From assembly GCA_010356995.1 (NCBI GenBank), contig ML996690.1, forward strand, positions 141,101 to 205,100: DNA of 64,000 nucleotides, given 5' to 3'. The position numbers were made by a program, and so were the translations under genes. This DNA comes from Trichodelitschia bisporula (Eukaryota). Positions 1 through 12,247 of this stretch are shown in pieces (the first letter of the stretch is position 1; each line of letters begins with the position of its first letter). The notes beneath the pieces are model-generated. The model had not been told where the DNA came from and ran no database searches. It worked only from the letters and a program-made list of their open reading frames with translations.

Positions 1-131
1 TCGCCATCGAAATGGCATCTCCCAGCCTCGCCACGTCATCCTCTACCTCCACCTCTTCCGTACCCTCCGCCTCTCCAACCGCAGCTTCACCACACCCCCG
101 ACCAGACCTCCTCCACCCCGACAGACACACC

Positions 132-3100
132 ATGACCGACCGACGCTCCCCGCGCACCTCCAGCGAAGACAACCGAGACCCAGACCCAGAAAAACCCCTC
201 CGCCGCCCCAAAACCCGTAAACCAGGCGGCTTCCTGCTGCCCTCCGCGCTGCGCTTCTCCCCCGAGCCCGAGGACCCACGCACCGAGAACAATGACAAAG
301 GGAAGAAGAAGGCGGACTCAAAGCGCACGCCCCACAAACTGCTCCCGTATAATCGTGCTGGCGTCAGGGCGTCGATACGCAGCTCGCCGCTGTCGCAAGT
401 CGAATCCACAGTGCCGACCGACGGCGAGGACGGGCCGGCGGCCACACAATCACACGTGCGGGACTACGGGCGAGACAGCTCCGACAACGGCGAGGAAGCA
501 GCGCAGCCCGCCTCCGCCATCGACCCCGCCCAAATCGTCAGCATGGCGCTGAACCTCAGCGAAAGCCGCCGCCGCAACTTCAGCGCAGGCCACTTGCTTC
601 CGCCCCCATCGCCGAACCCGCGCCGCGTCACGTCGGCCGCGCAGCACGCGGCGAACACTGCGAAACTGCAAGGGAGCTATCAAGGCCAGAGTGCCGGCGG
701 GAATCTGCGTCATCACCTGCAGCACCAGCGCCAGCCGCGGAATGTTTCGCCCGAGAACCGGCGGCACGGCGTCTCGCGCCACTCGTCGAATGCCTACCCG
801 ACTCCCGGGTTTCTGGATTCAGCGGGCTCGGCTCGCGCGGTGCCCGATTTCCAGTATCATTTCTCGGCGGCGACGCTAGCGAGGGCGGAAAAGGCACGGC
901 AAGCCATCGAGCTGTCGCTCGAGTTCCGCCGCTTGCTGCAGTACCTCCCCCAACTAAAGCCAGACCACAGCGCACCGGGCAACTTCCTGCTAGCAACATC
1001 CAGCGTCCCCGGCACCGCGGGCGTGGACCTCAGCCGCACGCTCTCGTCCAGCAGTTATCGGCACGACCTCGGCCGAACCTACAACCCCTTGCAACTAATC
1101 CGCAACCGCAAGCTGCGTGCCCGGACACGCAACCCTCTAAACCCCGATATCGATTACTGGGAAGATTCAGCCCGCGTCCGCGAGTGGGTCGATGCGGTGG
1201 AGGACGCCGCCCGCCGCCCCGGCTATAGGGGTGACGACACAGTGATCCTGCCTCCCTACCCGGTGGACGGCGAAATCATCCGCGCGGATGAAGGCCCGGT
1301 GCGAGGGCATAGAAGGAACGAGGGGAGTATCAGCAAGCCCAAGCGCCCGCGCATGGACTGGTTCACCTGCCCCTCTGAACTGCTCGCCGACGCGTACTGG
1401 CTCGAGCAAGGGCATAATAAGGCGCTTATCGAAGACAAGGCAGGCGCGCGCATCTTCCCGCAGAAACGCAGTCTCGAGTCCCTCCGCCCGCGCGCCAGCC
1501 ACGAGAGCCGCCGCAGCCATTCGGGGTCAGTGCATTTATCCACCGGATCGGTAGACGACGAAACAGACCCCGAAGCCCACGCACAGCGCGGCCGCATCCG
1601 CCCCCTCGGCACGCATTCCCGCGACAATTCCCGCGGTATCAAGGGGGTGTTCCACCGCGCGCGCGCCCGCTCCCGCTCCGCCGACGCGCTATCAAGTTCA
1701 GACGAGGGATCCAACGCCACGGGCCGGCGGCACCGCCTCAGCGACGACGAGGCACAAGCACTCGACCCGCTCGAGAAACGCTTAACGAATTTCCTGGCCG
1801 GGACTGCTGCGGCCTCAGGCGCGGGCGCGCACCAAGATGGCTCACCCTTGCTCAGCCCCGGGACGCCGAATAAGTGGGGTGCGGATCTGCACGACGGCGC
1901 GGTGCGTCCAGAGCGCTCGCCCGCGCGGATCGGAATCGTCGAGCCGCCAGGGGATGACGCGAGTGCGCCGGGTTCGCCCGCGGAGGCGAGGCAACTCACG
2001 CCCCCGAGTCGGCGCATCAGCCCCGTGCGCAAAAAGCTGCCTAAACTACCCTTCATACGCACCGACGGCGACGACACGGACGGGAGCAGTCGGCATCCGA
2101 GCGGGGAATCGCCTCAACCACTGCCCGCGACGCGGACGAGTCTGGACCTACCTGGGAGGAAACTCTTCCCCACGCGCACAAACGACAGTCTCTCCTCCCT
2201 CCCCCGTGTGCCCAAATCCAAGTCCAAAGAACCCCAGTCCGCAGTTCGCCGCTTCTTCAAAGGCTCCGCGGCCGCCATGCGCGGTAAACGCGCTAAGCCG
2301 ACTCCTAGCCGTAGCACCACGGGGACGGAGTCCGAAGGCGACGAGCCGGAGGGTCTCAAACCCCTCCCGCTGCCGCACGCGCCATCTCGCACACCGTCTA
2401 CCGCTGCGGACACGGAGGGACCGGGTTCACCCGCGCAGCCCGCCCTAACAGCCCCAGGAAAACCAGACCGTTTCGCGCGCCTCGCACCCCCCGGCCTCGA
2501 TCTTTCGCACGTCAGCGGGGGTGACGACAGGCGCCCGAGCGCACCGCGCCCGCGCCGGATCGCGAAGCATATTGCTGCACTCGTCGTAGGCCGGGACGGG
2601 GGCGGGAGGGACGGGAGCGGGAGGGATGGGGATGAGAAGAAGGACCGGGCTACCCCACCGAGTACCCGGCACTGGAGCATCAGCGACGTGAGGCCGGTGC
2701 TGGGGAATGGGAATGGGGATGAGAGGGGGAGGGGGAGGGGGAGGGGGGGGGTTGTGCGGCCTGATCCGCATGCGCTTGCGCTGAGGAGGGTTAGGGCTGT
2801 GTTGCTGTGCTCGGGGGTCAAGGCTGCTGCTATTGTGGCGCGCACTGGGGATGCGGAGATGGGAGCGGGGCGGATCCACGCGGCCGCACTGCGCGGCTCG
2901 CTTCGCTCCCTGAAAAAAGCTGAGACCACATTCACCTCCTCCCTCGCGCCCTCCCTACGCGGCGAACTAGAAACCCGCTGCACGGAGGGGGAGAGCGAAG
3001 TCGAGCGCGCGCGCCGCGGCGGCGACATCGCGGCGGCCGGACTAGAAGGGGGGTGGGGCGTGTTGGCTAGGGGTGTGTGGGGGGATATAGGCCGCCTGGG

Positions 3101-3275
3101 ACGGGCGCGGAAGAGGAGGTTACGATGGGTTAGGAGGGTGGGGTTTGGCGCGTTGGAGTGGCTTGTGCTGTGCGTGCTTTGGGGATTGTGGTTGGGGGTT
3201 GTGGTTTGGAGGGTGATTAGGGGGACGGTGAGGGGCGTGGGGAGGGGGGTTAGGTGGGTTTTTTGGTTGAGTTGA
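132..3275 (+). CDS. Conserved fungal protein, MTC4 (maintenance of telomere capping 4)-like, with C-terminal membrane anchor
   Basis: Single long ORF 12..3275. ATG at 132 (MTDRRSP) is preferred; ATG at 12 is possible. Conserved blocks GRTYNPLQLIRNRKLRAR and RPRMDWF..P.ELLADAYWLE, and a C-terminal RRRLRWVRR..GF..LEW..L..LW..W hydrophobic segment, resemble the Mtc4 family as I recall it. Confidence 0.6.
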   Translation: MTDRRSPRTSSEDNRDPDPEKPLRRPKTRKPGGFLLPSALRFSPEPEDPRTENNDKGKKKADSKRTPHKLLPYNRAGVRASIRSSPLSQVESTVPTDGEDGPAATQSHVRDYGRDSSDNGEEAAQPASAIDPAQIVSMALNLSESRRRNFSAGHLLPPPSPNPRRVTSAAQHAANTAKLQGSYQGQSAGGNLRHHLQHQRQPRNVSPENRRHGVSRHSSNAYPTPGFLDSAGSARAVPDFQYHFSAATLARAEKARQAIELSLEFRRLLQYLPQLKPDHSAPGNFLLATSSVPGTAGVDLSRTLSSSSYRHDLGRTYNPLQLIRNRKLRARTRNPLNPDIDYWEDSARVREWVDAVEDAARRPGYRGDDTVILPPYPVDGEIIRADEGPVRGHRRNEGSISKPKRPRMDWFTCPSELLADAYWLEQGHNKALIEDKAGARIFPQKRSLESLRPRASHESRRSHSGSVHLSTGSVDDETDPEAHAQRGRIRPLGTHSRDNSRGIKGVFHRARARSRSADALSSSDEGSNATGRRHRLSDDEAQALDPLEKRLTNFLAGTAAASGAGAHQDGSPLLSPGTPNKWGADLHDGAVRPERSPARIGIVEPPGDDASAPGSPAEARQLTPPSRRISPVRKKLPKLPFIRTDGDDTDGSSRHPSGESPQPLPATRTSLDLPGRKLFPTRTNDSLSSLPRVPKSKSKEPQSAVRRFFKGSAAAMRGKRAKPTPSRSTTGTESEGDEPEGLKPLPLPHAPSRTPSTAADTEGPGSPAQPALTAPGKPDRFARLAPPGLDLSHVSGGDDRRPSAPRPRRIAKHIAALVVGRDGGGRDGSGRDGDEKKDRATPPSTRHWSISDVRPVLGNGNGDERGRGRGRGGVVRPDPHALALRRVRAVLLCSGVKAAAIVARTGDAEMGAGRIHAAALRGSLRSLKKAETTFTSSLAPSLRGELETRCTEGESEVERARRGGDIAAAGLEGGWGVLARGVWGDIGRLGRARKRRLRWVRRVGFGALEWLVLCVLWGLWLGVVVWRVIRGTVRGVGRGVRWVFWLS

Positions 3276-3584
3276 TATGGAGAGGGAGGGGGGGAGGGGG
3301 GTGAGATGGATGGATGGTAGGGCTGAACTGGATGGATGGTGAGGCTGGATAGTCAGGCTTTTCGTTGATTCGGATTTGCATATGCGAGCGTGGAGTTTGG
3401 GGGCTGCCGTCTGCGAGGCAGGGCGATTTTGTTCAGCATACACCTCATGTACACGCGCGATGGATACCGTGGGATGCGCAAGTCCAATTTTCATTCTCAT
3501 AACTTTCGTACCCAGGAACACACAGAACTAACACCAGGCATAAGAATCCCCCCCCCCCCATCACCACCCCCCATCAATCCCCCA

Positions 3585-6410
3585 CTACCGCACAAACACC
3601 TCAACAACAACCTCATTACTCCACCCCGCCCTCTGTTCTGACTCTTTCCACGCCCTCTCCAAATCAACCAAAAGCACATCCCCATCCACGCTAACACAAT
3701 GCCGCGGAATCGGCCTCCCAAAAAGCACCCCCATCAAATCCTCCTCCACACTCCTCCCCGCCAGGCCACTAATCCAAATCCCAAGCACACCCAACGCTTT
3801 GAGGCTCGTCCAAACATGCACCCGCCCATTGGACTCACTAACCCTCGTCCCGACCACACCAGCCGCAGCACTCATTTTCGCCACCAGTCCCAGCACTGCA
3901 ACGCCCAACGGGCCGCTCTTCGCTTTCGCGCGGGTCACGGGGTACGCGGTGAGTAAATCGTACCCGCGCACCGGCAAATCGAGGCTCACAACCGCCTTCC
4001 CCGCCCTCGTCGTCGGGCCCACGAGTTTATCCGCGACATGGCTGCGCAGGACGTATTCCCCCTCCGCACTCGCGCCCGGGAAATCCGCCAGCGTGAGCAC
4101 AGCGGACACAGGATCCTGACTAACATTGAAGACCCCCAAAAGCGGCGTCCCGGGGCTGCCGGCGTACCCGTCGATCCAGTTATCCACCGTGAGCAATTGC
4201 GCGTCTCCATACCCGACATAAGGGGTGGTAGCTTTGGCCACGCGATGCGGGCGCAAAATGACCGTTTCACCGCGCGGCGTCGTCGCCGTCATTTGCTTAA
4301 TCAACGGCACGTTGTGTCTTCCCGGCGTATCGGTGAAATAAATCGGCCCCCCACTAACACACCTCGCGGCAGCATGAAACGCCGCCCAGGGATGATCCGT
4401 CTGGAACATATCCCAGTCCGGGAGGGCATGCAAATGCTGCGTAAACAACGCGTTATGCGCATTTGCGAACACGTGCCACGCATGACTACTCGGTATGTCG
4501 GGGAAGAAGTCATCTGAGTTCCGGACCAGGAGACGCGGTTTCGTGACTGGCATTTGCGAGTGGAAGATTAGGGGCGGGGCTTGCGACATGCAGCTTATGG
4601 CTCTGGCTTGGAACTTGCGGAGTGTGGCGATGGTCCAGGCGTCTTGGTAAGGCCGAATGAGGGCGCGGCGGGAGGGTGCGGTGGCGATTTGGTCGAGCAT
4701 GAATTGGGCGTCGGTTTTTACGGAGTCGATCCCGCAGTCGGAGAGGAATCTGCTACGTTAGTTTGGGGTGCGGAGGGGAGGGCTACGGGGACGCACTGGT
4801 AGAAGTCGCTGTAGAAGCGCAGGGCCTCGCCAGGGTGGATACATGTCCAGGTCCCGCCGTTGACATTCTTGACTTCGACGGTGAGGTAGTTGAGCGCTAT
4901 TTCGCTCTTCGGCGCGATGGCGCCCCAGTAGCCGAGCTTGCGGACGTCAGTAGACTTCCCGCAGTAGTAGAGGCGAACTCACCATCGCGTGCCACACGGC
5001 GACGTGCCGGATGCTCTTGTGCTTCTCGCGCAGCGTATGCACCGTGTGCCCCAGACCCTTTGGAAACCCCTCCTCATTGGCCTGGAAGCGCGTCATCCCG
5101 CGATAGATCTGGTTGAGGCCCGCGTTGTCCTGTGCGGTCAGGTCAGCCTCGTTCAGCCTTGCAGTGTCAGGGGGGAGACAAACCAGTGACTGCCAGTTAT
5201 CGTCAATGATGAGGCTGGAGACTGCGGCGCTGGTCAGCATAGCTCCTTCTGATAGGAATGCCCACGCACTCTTGATCCCATTCCTCTCCAACTCATCCAA
5301 CGCATCAAAAATCTTCTCCTCAGTCAACGCCTGCCCAATCCCATTCCACGTACAATACGCAAACCCATCCGCCCACTCCTCCACCCAACTCGCCTTAACA
5401 TCCTCCTCCTTTATAGCCTCAATCTCCTCCTCCAACTCCCCACTCGCGCGCGCAAACTCTGCCACCACCCGCCGCGCCTTATACATAACCGCCGCATTCG
5501 CAACCTCAAAGCTCTTCGCCACCGCAACCAGCACCCTTGCCGTCCCCTCCCCCTCGTCATCATTCCGCGAATTCACAACCACGTTCCCGTCCCCATCATG
5601 CACCAGCGTACTCAGCACATCATCCACCCCACTCAGCGCCAGCACCACAACAGACAACCCATCCCGCCTTAAAAACGCCGCCATAATCGCCTCATGATCG
5701 ACCTCGAACTTGTCACGGCCGTGCCGCGGCGCCAACCACGGCGTCCAGAGGCGCACAATTGCCATCCACCGGCTACACATTTCGGGCACGCCGAGCACCG
5801 TCTTCGCCCACGCCGAATCATCCCCGTTCGCCGGCGCCAGCGGGGCCGTGAGGGACCACAGCTGCGTATCCGGCGTGTCTGCGTTCTCGCCCTGCACGGC
5901 CCATGCCTCGCTCAGCCCGGCGATGTAGTACGAAAGCGGATGCTCTGAGAAGAGCGCGGGCTGGAGGTAGAGCAGCCCGTCGCCGAGGCCAAGCGTGTCC
6001 TTAGCCCATTTCCAGTCCCCGTCGGTGCGGGGCCGGAATTTGTATGTGAAGGCTGCTGCGGGGTTTGTGGCCTCGCTGACGGGGAAGTCGAGGATGAAGA
6101 CCCGGCGGTGGAGGTGTGGGGCTGCGAGTTGATGGACTTCGAGCTGGGGACGTCAGCAACAGCATCCCGCCTGTCCCTGCACAGGAAGCAATTAGATGAG
6201 ACGTACCAGCTCGGCCGCCTCGCCCGCAGGCACCAACTCCGTGCTCGCCCAGTTATCAACCCCACCCAGGTTATGCCACAGCGCGACCTGCCACTCGGCC
6301 CCACTCGCAACGTCCGTCTCCAGCACGACGGCGAAAGGGATAGAGCCCGCATCAGGCGCAACGACGGTCGCGACGTCGAGCGGCGGGTTGCTAGTGAGCT
6401 TCGCGTACAT
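3585..6410 (-). CDS. Raffinose synthase/Sip1-like alpha-galactosidase (GH36), multi-exon
   Basis: Start MYAKLTSNPPL at 6410. Motifs YCTWN, LIIDDNWQSL, AVWHAM-LGYWG, SCMSQ, RNSDDFFP, PDWDMFQT.H..A.FHAAARCVSGGPIYFTD. Several short introns; stop at 3585. Confidence 0.93.
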
Positions 6411-7075
6411 ATTTGCAGGTTGGGGAGGGGGAGACGCAGGTTTGGGAGGCCAGGCAACGATCCGTTCGGGGAGGTAGAGGTTCATAGCTGCGGATTGCGG
6501 GGGGAGGTTGGGGTGTGGTTGCTAAGCCGGAAGGGGCAATTGAGGGGAAGGTGGGAATGGGGAGGGGTTGGCGTTCTGGAAGATCTCAGCCTTGGAGGAA
6601 TACGAAGTACTGGTTGCTGCGTTCAAGACTAGGGAGAGGCTGGGGGGCTGGGGGGCTGGGGCTGATCTCATAGCTTCAACAGCAGGTGCGGGTGCTACTT
6701 GAGTGATTTTCTTCTACTTTGCTGCTCTGCTCTTCCCGTCACGATACGATGCAGGTCCAATTGCACATTGCCTTCAACGCTACCATTGTTGGTCACTCGC
6801 CCGCCCCGGGTCCCACTATGCTAGGCCCCATACGTCGCATCGGCAGGTACTCAGGTGCAGGCGTGGCACCTCACAAGGTCAGCTGCAGGCCAGAACAACT
6901 CACGAGACGCGCGGTGTGCAGACCGCTTCCACAAAGCTCCCATACCATAGACAGACAAGGAAAAAGGGGGGAAAAATAGAATGCCCGATGCATCACACTA
7001 CAAAGGATTATCTCGCCCAAAAGTGCGACCCGGTCCAGCGCCTGTAAACTGCAGCAACCACAGCCATTACGGCGT

Positions 7076-9284
7076 CTATTCGATCCTCTTCTTGCCTTCC
7101 TCCATGAATCCGAGACGCGCGTCGCTCTTACCCCGTTCGTGACGCGAGAGCAGCGGTCCTATCACCGGCGTTTGTAGCACGTTGTTGAGCGCCTCCTGGT
7201 ACCCTTCATGCGCATAGGGTGGCGTGTTGAGTTTCGGCCAGTTGACCTAACAAAGTCAGCCTTGCCCAGCAGTTATAGAATCAAAGGACGACTTACGTAG
7301 AATGTGCCGTGCGTGAAGATAAAGTAAAGACTGGCCATAGCAATGATAAACGACAAGATCATGAGCACCCGCAGCGGCCAAACCGCCGCCATGGCATCTC
7401 TCCGCGTAAAGGATCCCACAAACACCAGGAACACACTCGCCGCCAGAATATACGGCACACTCTGAATCAGCAGCGGCCGCTTGTCGACAAACACCCAACC
7501 GCCGAGGTGATTCCTCGCCGGCAGGTACGTGCCCAAGAAGACATCAAACGCGTCCTGGCGCGGCCCATCATAGAAATTATTCCTTAGATAGCGCGTCGTC
7601 GAGTTCGTCGCATCCATCAACATCCCCCTCTTCGTCCGCTCGCCCGTGCGCGTAAAGTCCGTCTTGAGCGCGCCCGTACCGGAGTACGACTTACTCACGA
7701 CATCGGCGTTGTCGGCCCACACGTTGCGGAACAGGTGCTCGAAGGCATGGTCCTCGTCCACGCGCTCGCCCTCGCGCAACACACCCAGATCGATCAGCAT
7801 CCGCGTTAGCATGAACCGGCCAAGCATGCTCTGTACGACATTCGTACGGTCCAGACAGTCCATGCAGTTCGTCCGCACGACGCACGTCTGCCGGCTGCGC
7901 ACCTCCATGCGGCCCATGGAATCGCCGGGCATGTCCACGCCGCGGAAGTAGCCGTGCTCGATGAGCGGGCCCTCGAGTTGCTGGAGCAGGAGCTGCGCGC
8001 GATGCCACCGGAGGCCTTTGGTTTCGTTGTGGAAATCGAAGTAGATGTAGTGCAACCGGCTGTATTCGCCGCGGTCCCGCTGCGGTTCGGCCACGTTGAA
8101 CTTCTCGGCCGTTTTCTCGTCGCTGTACGTTTTTTGTGCGGGTGCTGGCACCAGGTAGTCGTGCATCTGCTTGTATGCATCCTTCACGCGCTGCTCGCGG
8201 CCCTTCTGGTTAACCAGGTTGACGAGGAAGTTGTCGCCGTAGATCCGGATCTGCTCGTCAAAATGGCGTTTCGCCGCTTGCACCGCGCTCTCTACCCCGC
8301 GGATCTGCAGGCGCGGCGTGTACTTGAGGGTGTTGATCTCGGCCCAGTAGACCGGCACGCTGCCCCGAGTCTGCACATACGACAGGGCCTGCGCTTCTCG
8401 TCCGGCCAACGGCCCGGTCTTCGCTTCGGACATCCCACCGTCGCCGGCATAGCTCACAGGGCCCTTCGATGCGGCATCGTTGATGATGACAATCTGCTCC
8501 GTCTCGTTGTAGTTGGATACATTGCCCCTTTCGTCTATCCCGCGGGAAAAGTAGCGCGTGCCGCCGCGGTGTCTTGAGCGCCGAGTGATGAGGACAAAGG
8601 TCAGGGGGTTGCCCTTTACGGATGTGTTCCTGATCTCCATCATGCCGTACATGACTGGTAGGATAAAGGGGTCGATCCCGGGCTGCTCCCCGCGGTATCC
8701 GAGCCGGCCGCTGTTGCCCGTCCGGTAGTCAATCAGGTCCGACTGGACGAAGCGGTTCCAGAAAAAGCGGTCATCGGCGCGTTTCCAGAGCGGAAGCACC
8801 GGGTTGCTGTCCGACTGGCGCTGGAGGCTGTTTGTAATGTCGTAGGAGTAGGAAAAATACAGCGGCGCATTCTTAAGAAGATCTTTGACAATGTGCAGAT
8901 ATGTATCTTCATCCAAATCGTGCAGCGGGCGCTCGCGGAGGGGAAGGAACTCCGTTGCCGCGATCTTGTAGATCATATGTCCCCGAAGCCGGCCCACGGG
9001 TGTCGCCTTCGTGATCACAATGATGTACTTGTCTGCCGACGTCAGCCAGCTCCGCAGTTGCGGGGTTGTCAGGAGGTACCTAGGCGCAGGCTGATGATGC
9101 CTAGTATGCCCGCAATGCTAGATACTCTTTTCGAACCCAGAAGCTTGCCATCGTTCAGGCGCAGATCTCCAGAGGGCCGGTCGACGACCAGAGTCGGCGA
9201 GTTCGGAGACGACGGCGACGAGAAGGCATAATGCGATGCGGAGGCGTGCACATTGATGTCGCGAAAGGGGAGGGACGTGGCCAT
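7076..9284 (-). CDS. SAC1: Phosphoinositide phosphatase Sac1
   Basis: Sac domain motifs RGGTRYFSRGID, QTRGSVP, catalytic RTNCMDCLDRTN and GTGALKTDFTR. Two C-terminal TM segments. The last exon ends MEEGKKRIE* (KKxx-like ER retrieval). Introns near 9033-9078 and 7247-7298. Confidence 0.95.
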
Positions 9285-9821
9285 GATAGGCCGCTGAGCT
9301 GCTGGCCCGGTGTGGAGCTCACAGCAGAATTGGCAATGCTGTGTGACGGACTGGTGCTTTCTTTACGGCAAAAGGGAGGAAGAGGTAACGCGTCGTCCAA
9401 ATCTTTGGACAAGTACAGAATAGCAAACTGTAGGTGGCTCGTCTGGAATGGTGTTCTTCGGAGGCGCAAAAGGTTCGTGTTCCTTGGAAACATCAAGGTG
9501 GCGCGGCTTCGGGAGGGATGAGGAGCAGCAGGTGGCTAGTGAAATGACAGATGCAGGGTGTGGCTGATAGGCCGACGCTCACAGGTCAGTTCAGTTCTGG
9601 CAGCGTCACGCTGAACCTCTCTCTCTCTCTCGCTCTCCAGGTTCCAACCTTCAACATCACCGCCCCAACAAGTCCAGTCCACCACATCCTCAACAACCCC
9701 CACCAACCCCATCAACACCGCCAGCTGCCAGCCCATTCCGTTCCACATCCACCTCCTTTGGGCCTCCAACTGTCATCACTCTCCCTCATCCGCCCTTCCG
9801 CCTCCGCTTCATCCTCCAACA

Positions 9822-10668
9822 ATGGCAGCCCGCATGCAGCAAGGTGGCAGACCTGGCGGCTCGCGCTTCGCACAGTTCAAGCTTGTACTTCTCGGTATGT
9901 GATATTATTGCCAGCGATTTGACATACACTAACCACGGTGCAGGTGAATCGGCAGTCGGCAAGGTGAGAAATGGCGACGTTTGCTCATATCGCTAGCTAA
10001 CAGAGAGACAGAGCTCACTAGTATTGCGTTTCGTAAAAGTAAGACACCCCCTCCACACTCTATCCCGCATCGCTAACCTCCAGGACCAATTCGACGACTA
10101 CCGAGAATCAACAATCGGCGCCGCCTTCCTCACCCAGACCATCGCCCTCGACGAATCCACCACAGTCAAGTTCGAAATCTGGGACACCGCCGGGCAGGAA
10201 CGCTACAAGTCGCTTGCACCCATGTACTACCGCAACGCCAACTGCGCCGTCGTCGTCTACGACATCACACAGGCCGTACGTGTCCCTATCTCTTCTCCGC
10301 CCCACTAACCCCCCCAGTCCTCCCTCGACAAAGCCAAGGCATGGGTGAAAGAGCTCCAGCGCCAGGCAAACGAGAACATCATCATCGCCCTCGCAGGCAA
10401 CAAGCTCGACCTCGTAACGGAATCGCCCGACAAGCGCGCCATCACGACCGCCGACGCCGAGCAGTACGCAAAGGAGGCCGGGCTGCTCTTCTTCGAGACC
10501 TCAGCCAAGACAGCGGAAAACGTCCGCGAGCTCTTCACAGCCATTGCGAAGAAACTACCTCTCGACCAGGCGGGACCGCGGAGTATGCGCGCCCAGGCAG
10601 CGCGTCCGGGCGTCGACCTGCGGCCCGAGTCACATGCCACGCAGGGAGCGGCGGGGTGCAACTGCTAA
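9822..10668 (+). CDS. Rab5-family GTPase (Ypt52/RabB-like), 5 exons
   Basis: Exons 9822-9894, 9944-9963, 10012-10038, 10084-10275 and 10318-10668 splice to give [51 protein letters not shown] and a C-terminal CNC prenylation motif. Confidence 0.96.
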
Positions 10669-11034
10669 ACTAAGCGGGTACCGCTTTGTCCAGTCCTTTG
10701 ACGCAGGCCTTGTTCGGCCGCAGGTCCGCGACGCGTATGTCCTTCGACGCATGTCCATATGCCTCCGCGTAGTTTCTTGAGATCAGGCCGGTGTTTTGTA
10801 AGCCCGATTTATGTCTCATTAGGTGCTCTTGCGCGCGCGCTTGTTTTCGGCGGTGTTGGTTGGCGTGGGACTGCTACTTAAGACACAATTCCTTAATAGG
10901 CACATGAAGATTCCGGTCGTGCGAGTGTTTTTTCTGGATGTCAGAGTCTAGAGACTGAGTAGGGTGAGGAGATTGTCAATCAATTGATCCGTGAAACGCC
11001 GTGGATGCTTAAGTTACATGCCTGTTTACCGTGC

Positions 11035-11633
11035 CTACTTCCCCCCCCAAAGCCCCTTCACCGAATCCATTATCCCCCCCTTCTTCTCGTCCCCCTTCTC
11101 CTCCAGCTGTGCCGCCTTCCCCTCCACCGCCCTCTCAACCGCCTCCACCACCCCCGTCCCCCCCCTCTCCTCCCTCCTCGCCCGTCTCCTCGCCCGCTCC
11201 GCCTTATCCTCCTCATCCCTCGCCTCCAGCTCCTGCAGCCACTTCTCCCTCCTCTCCCTCGCCACCCTCTCCTTCTCCGCTCCCTCAACCTCCTTCCTCG
11301 CTTCCCTATCCCGACTCCAATACGCACTCCCAACCACCAACGCAAACAGCGTAAAACCCTGCGCGTAAATCCTCCGCCTGAACATGATATTAGCACGCGC
11401 GTGGTCGTTAACGCGCATCGCGCGCGAGGCGCCGATGAGCGCGGCCACGGTCGCGAGACAACCGAGTGGGACTAAAGGTTCTTGTTTCAGGCGTCGGAGG
11501 AGTTTTTGCGTGGGGGATTCGGAGTAGAAGTCGCTGCGGTTGTCAGTAGAGGTATCGGATGGGGAAGGGAAGAATGGGGGGAAGCCTACGTGTCGCCGTC
11601 GAAGGACGAGGGTAGGGGGTTGTCGCCTGACAT
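11035..11633 (-). CDS. RCF1: Respiratory supercomplex factor 1 (HIG1 domain)
   Basis: MSGDNPLPSSFDGD, then an intron, then KLLRRLKQEPLVPLG...MFRRRIYAQGFTL, followed by a charged coiled coil (KWLQELEARDEED). Confidence 0.92.
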
Positions 11634-12239
11634 CGCGAGTAGAGGCTGGTGGAGCGTTGGTGGTGTTGGTGGAGGCGAGAATGTGTAGGCCGGTATGAAG
11701 ACGGGATCGTGAGAAACGGTTTACGGGTCACAGTTGGGTGGAACAGGTGGAGTGTGGGGAGCGCGAGGTGTGCCGCGGGGATGACGATGTGATGCGCTTT
11801 GGGCGAAAAGCGTGGCGGGTGGCGGTTTTTTTGGCAAACATGGTCACGTGAAAGGCTGGTTGGGGAAGGTGGGGATGACATTTTAGGAGGGGAGAGATAG
11901 ACTTTTTGTCACTCGAGCTACACTTTTATGTCCTTGGGTTGGATTGACAGGTAAAGGGCTTGCTTACGGGCACATAACCAAAGACTGCGTTCTGGACGAG
12001 CTTCAAGGGACTCACTCCCAGCGCAGCGAACTTTGCCATGAAAGACTTCAATTCATATATCATTCATGATGGCACATCATAATATTGAAACTTAGCTACA
12101 ACTATGAAAAAGATCAGGGCCTTGCTGTAAACAACCTTACTGAAGAGCAGACCAGTCATGTAGTACCCTTCAAAGCAGCGAAGCCAGATAAAGAGCGTGT
12201 ATTCATCCGGATACACAACTTGCAAAGGATCCGGAGCGG

Positions 12240-12247
12240 CATATAAG
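12240..12247 (+). promoter_or_regulatory. Putative TATA box upstream of the double-hairpin locus
   Basis: CATATAAG about 130-150 bp upstream of the first repeat unit, with no protein gene downstream on the + strand. Confidence 0.3.

Noticed and set aside
1256..3028. Long antisense ORFs (273 and 304 aa) and similar shadow ORFs across the window
   Set aside because: They are in-register antisense shadows of GC-rich genes, with no independent motifs.
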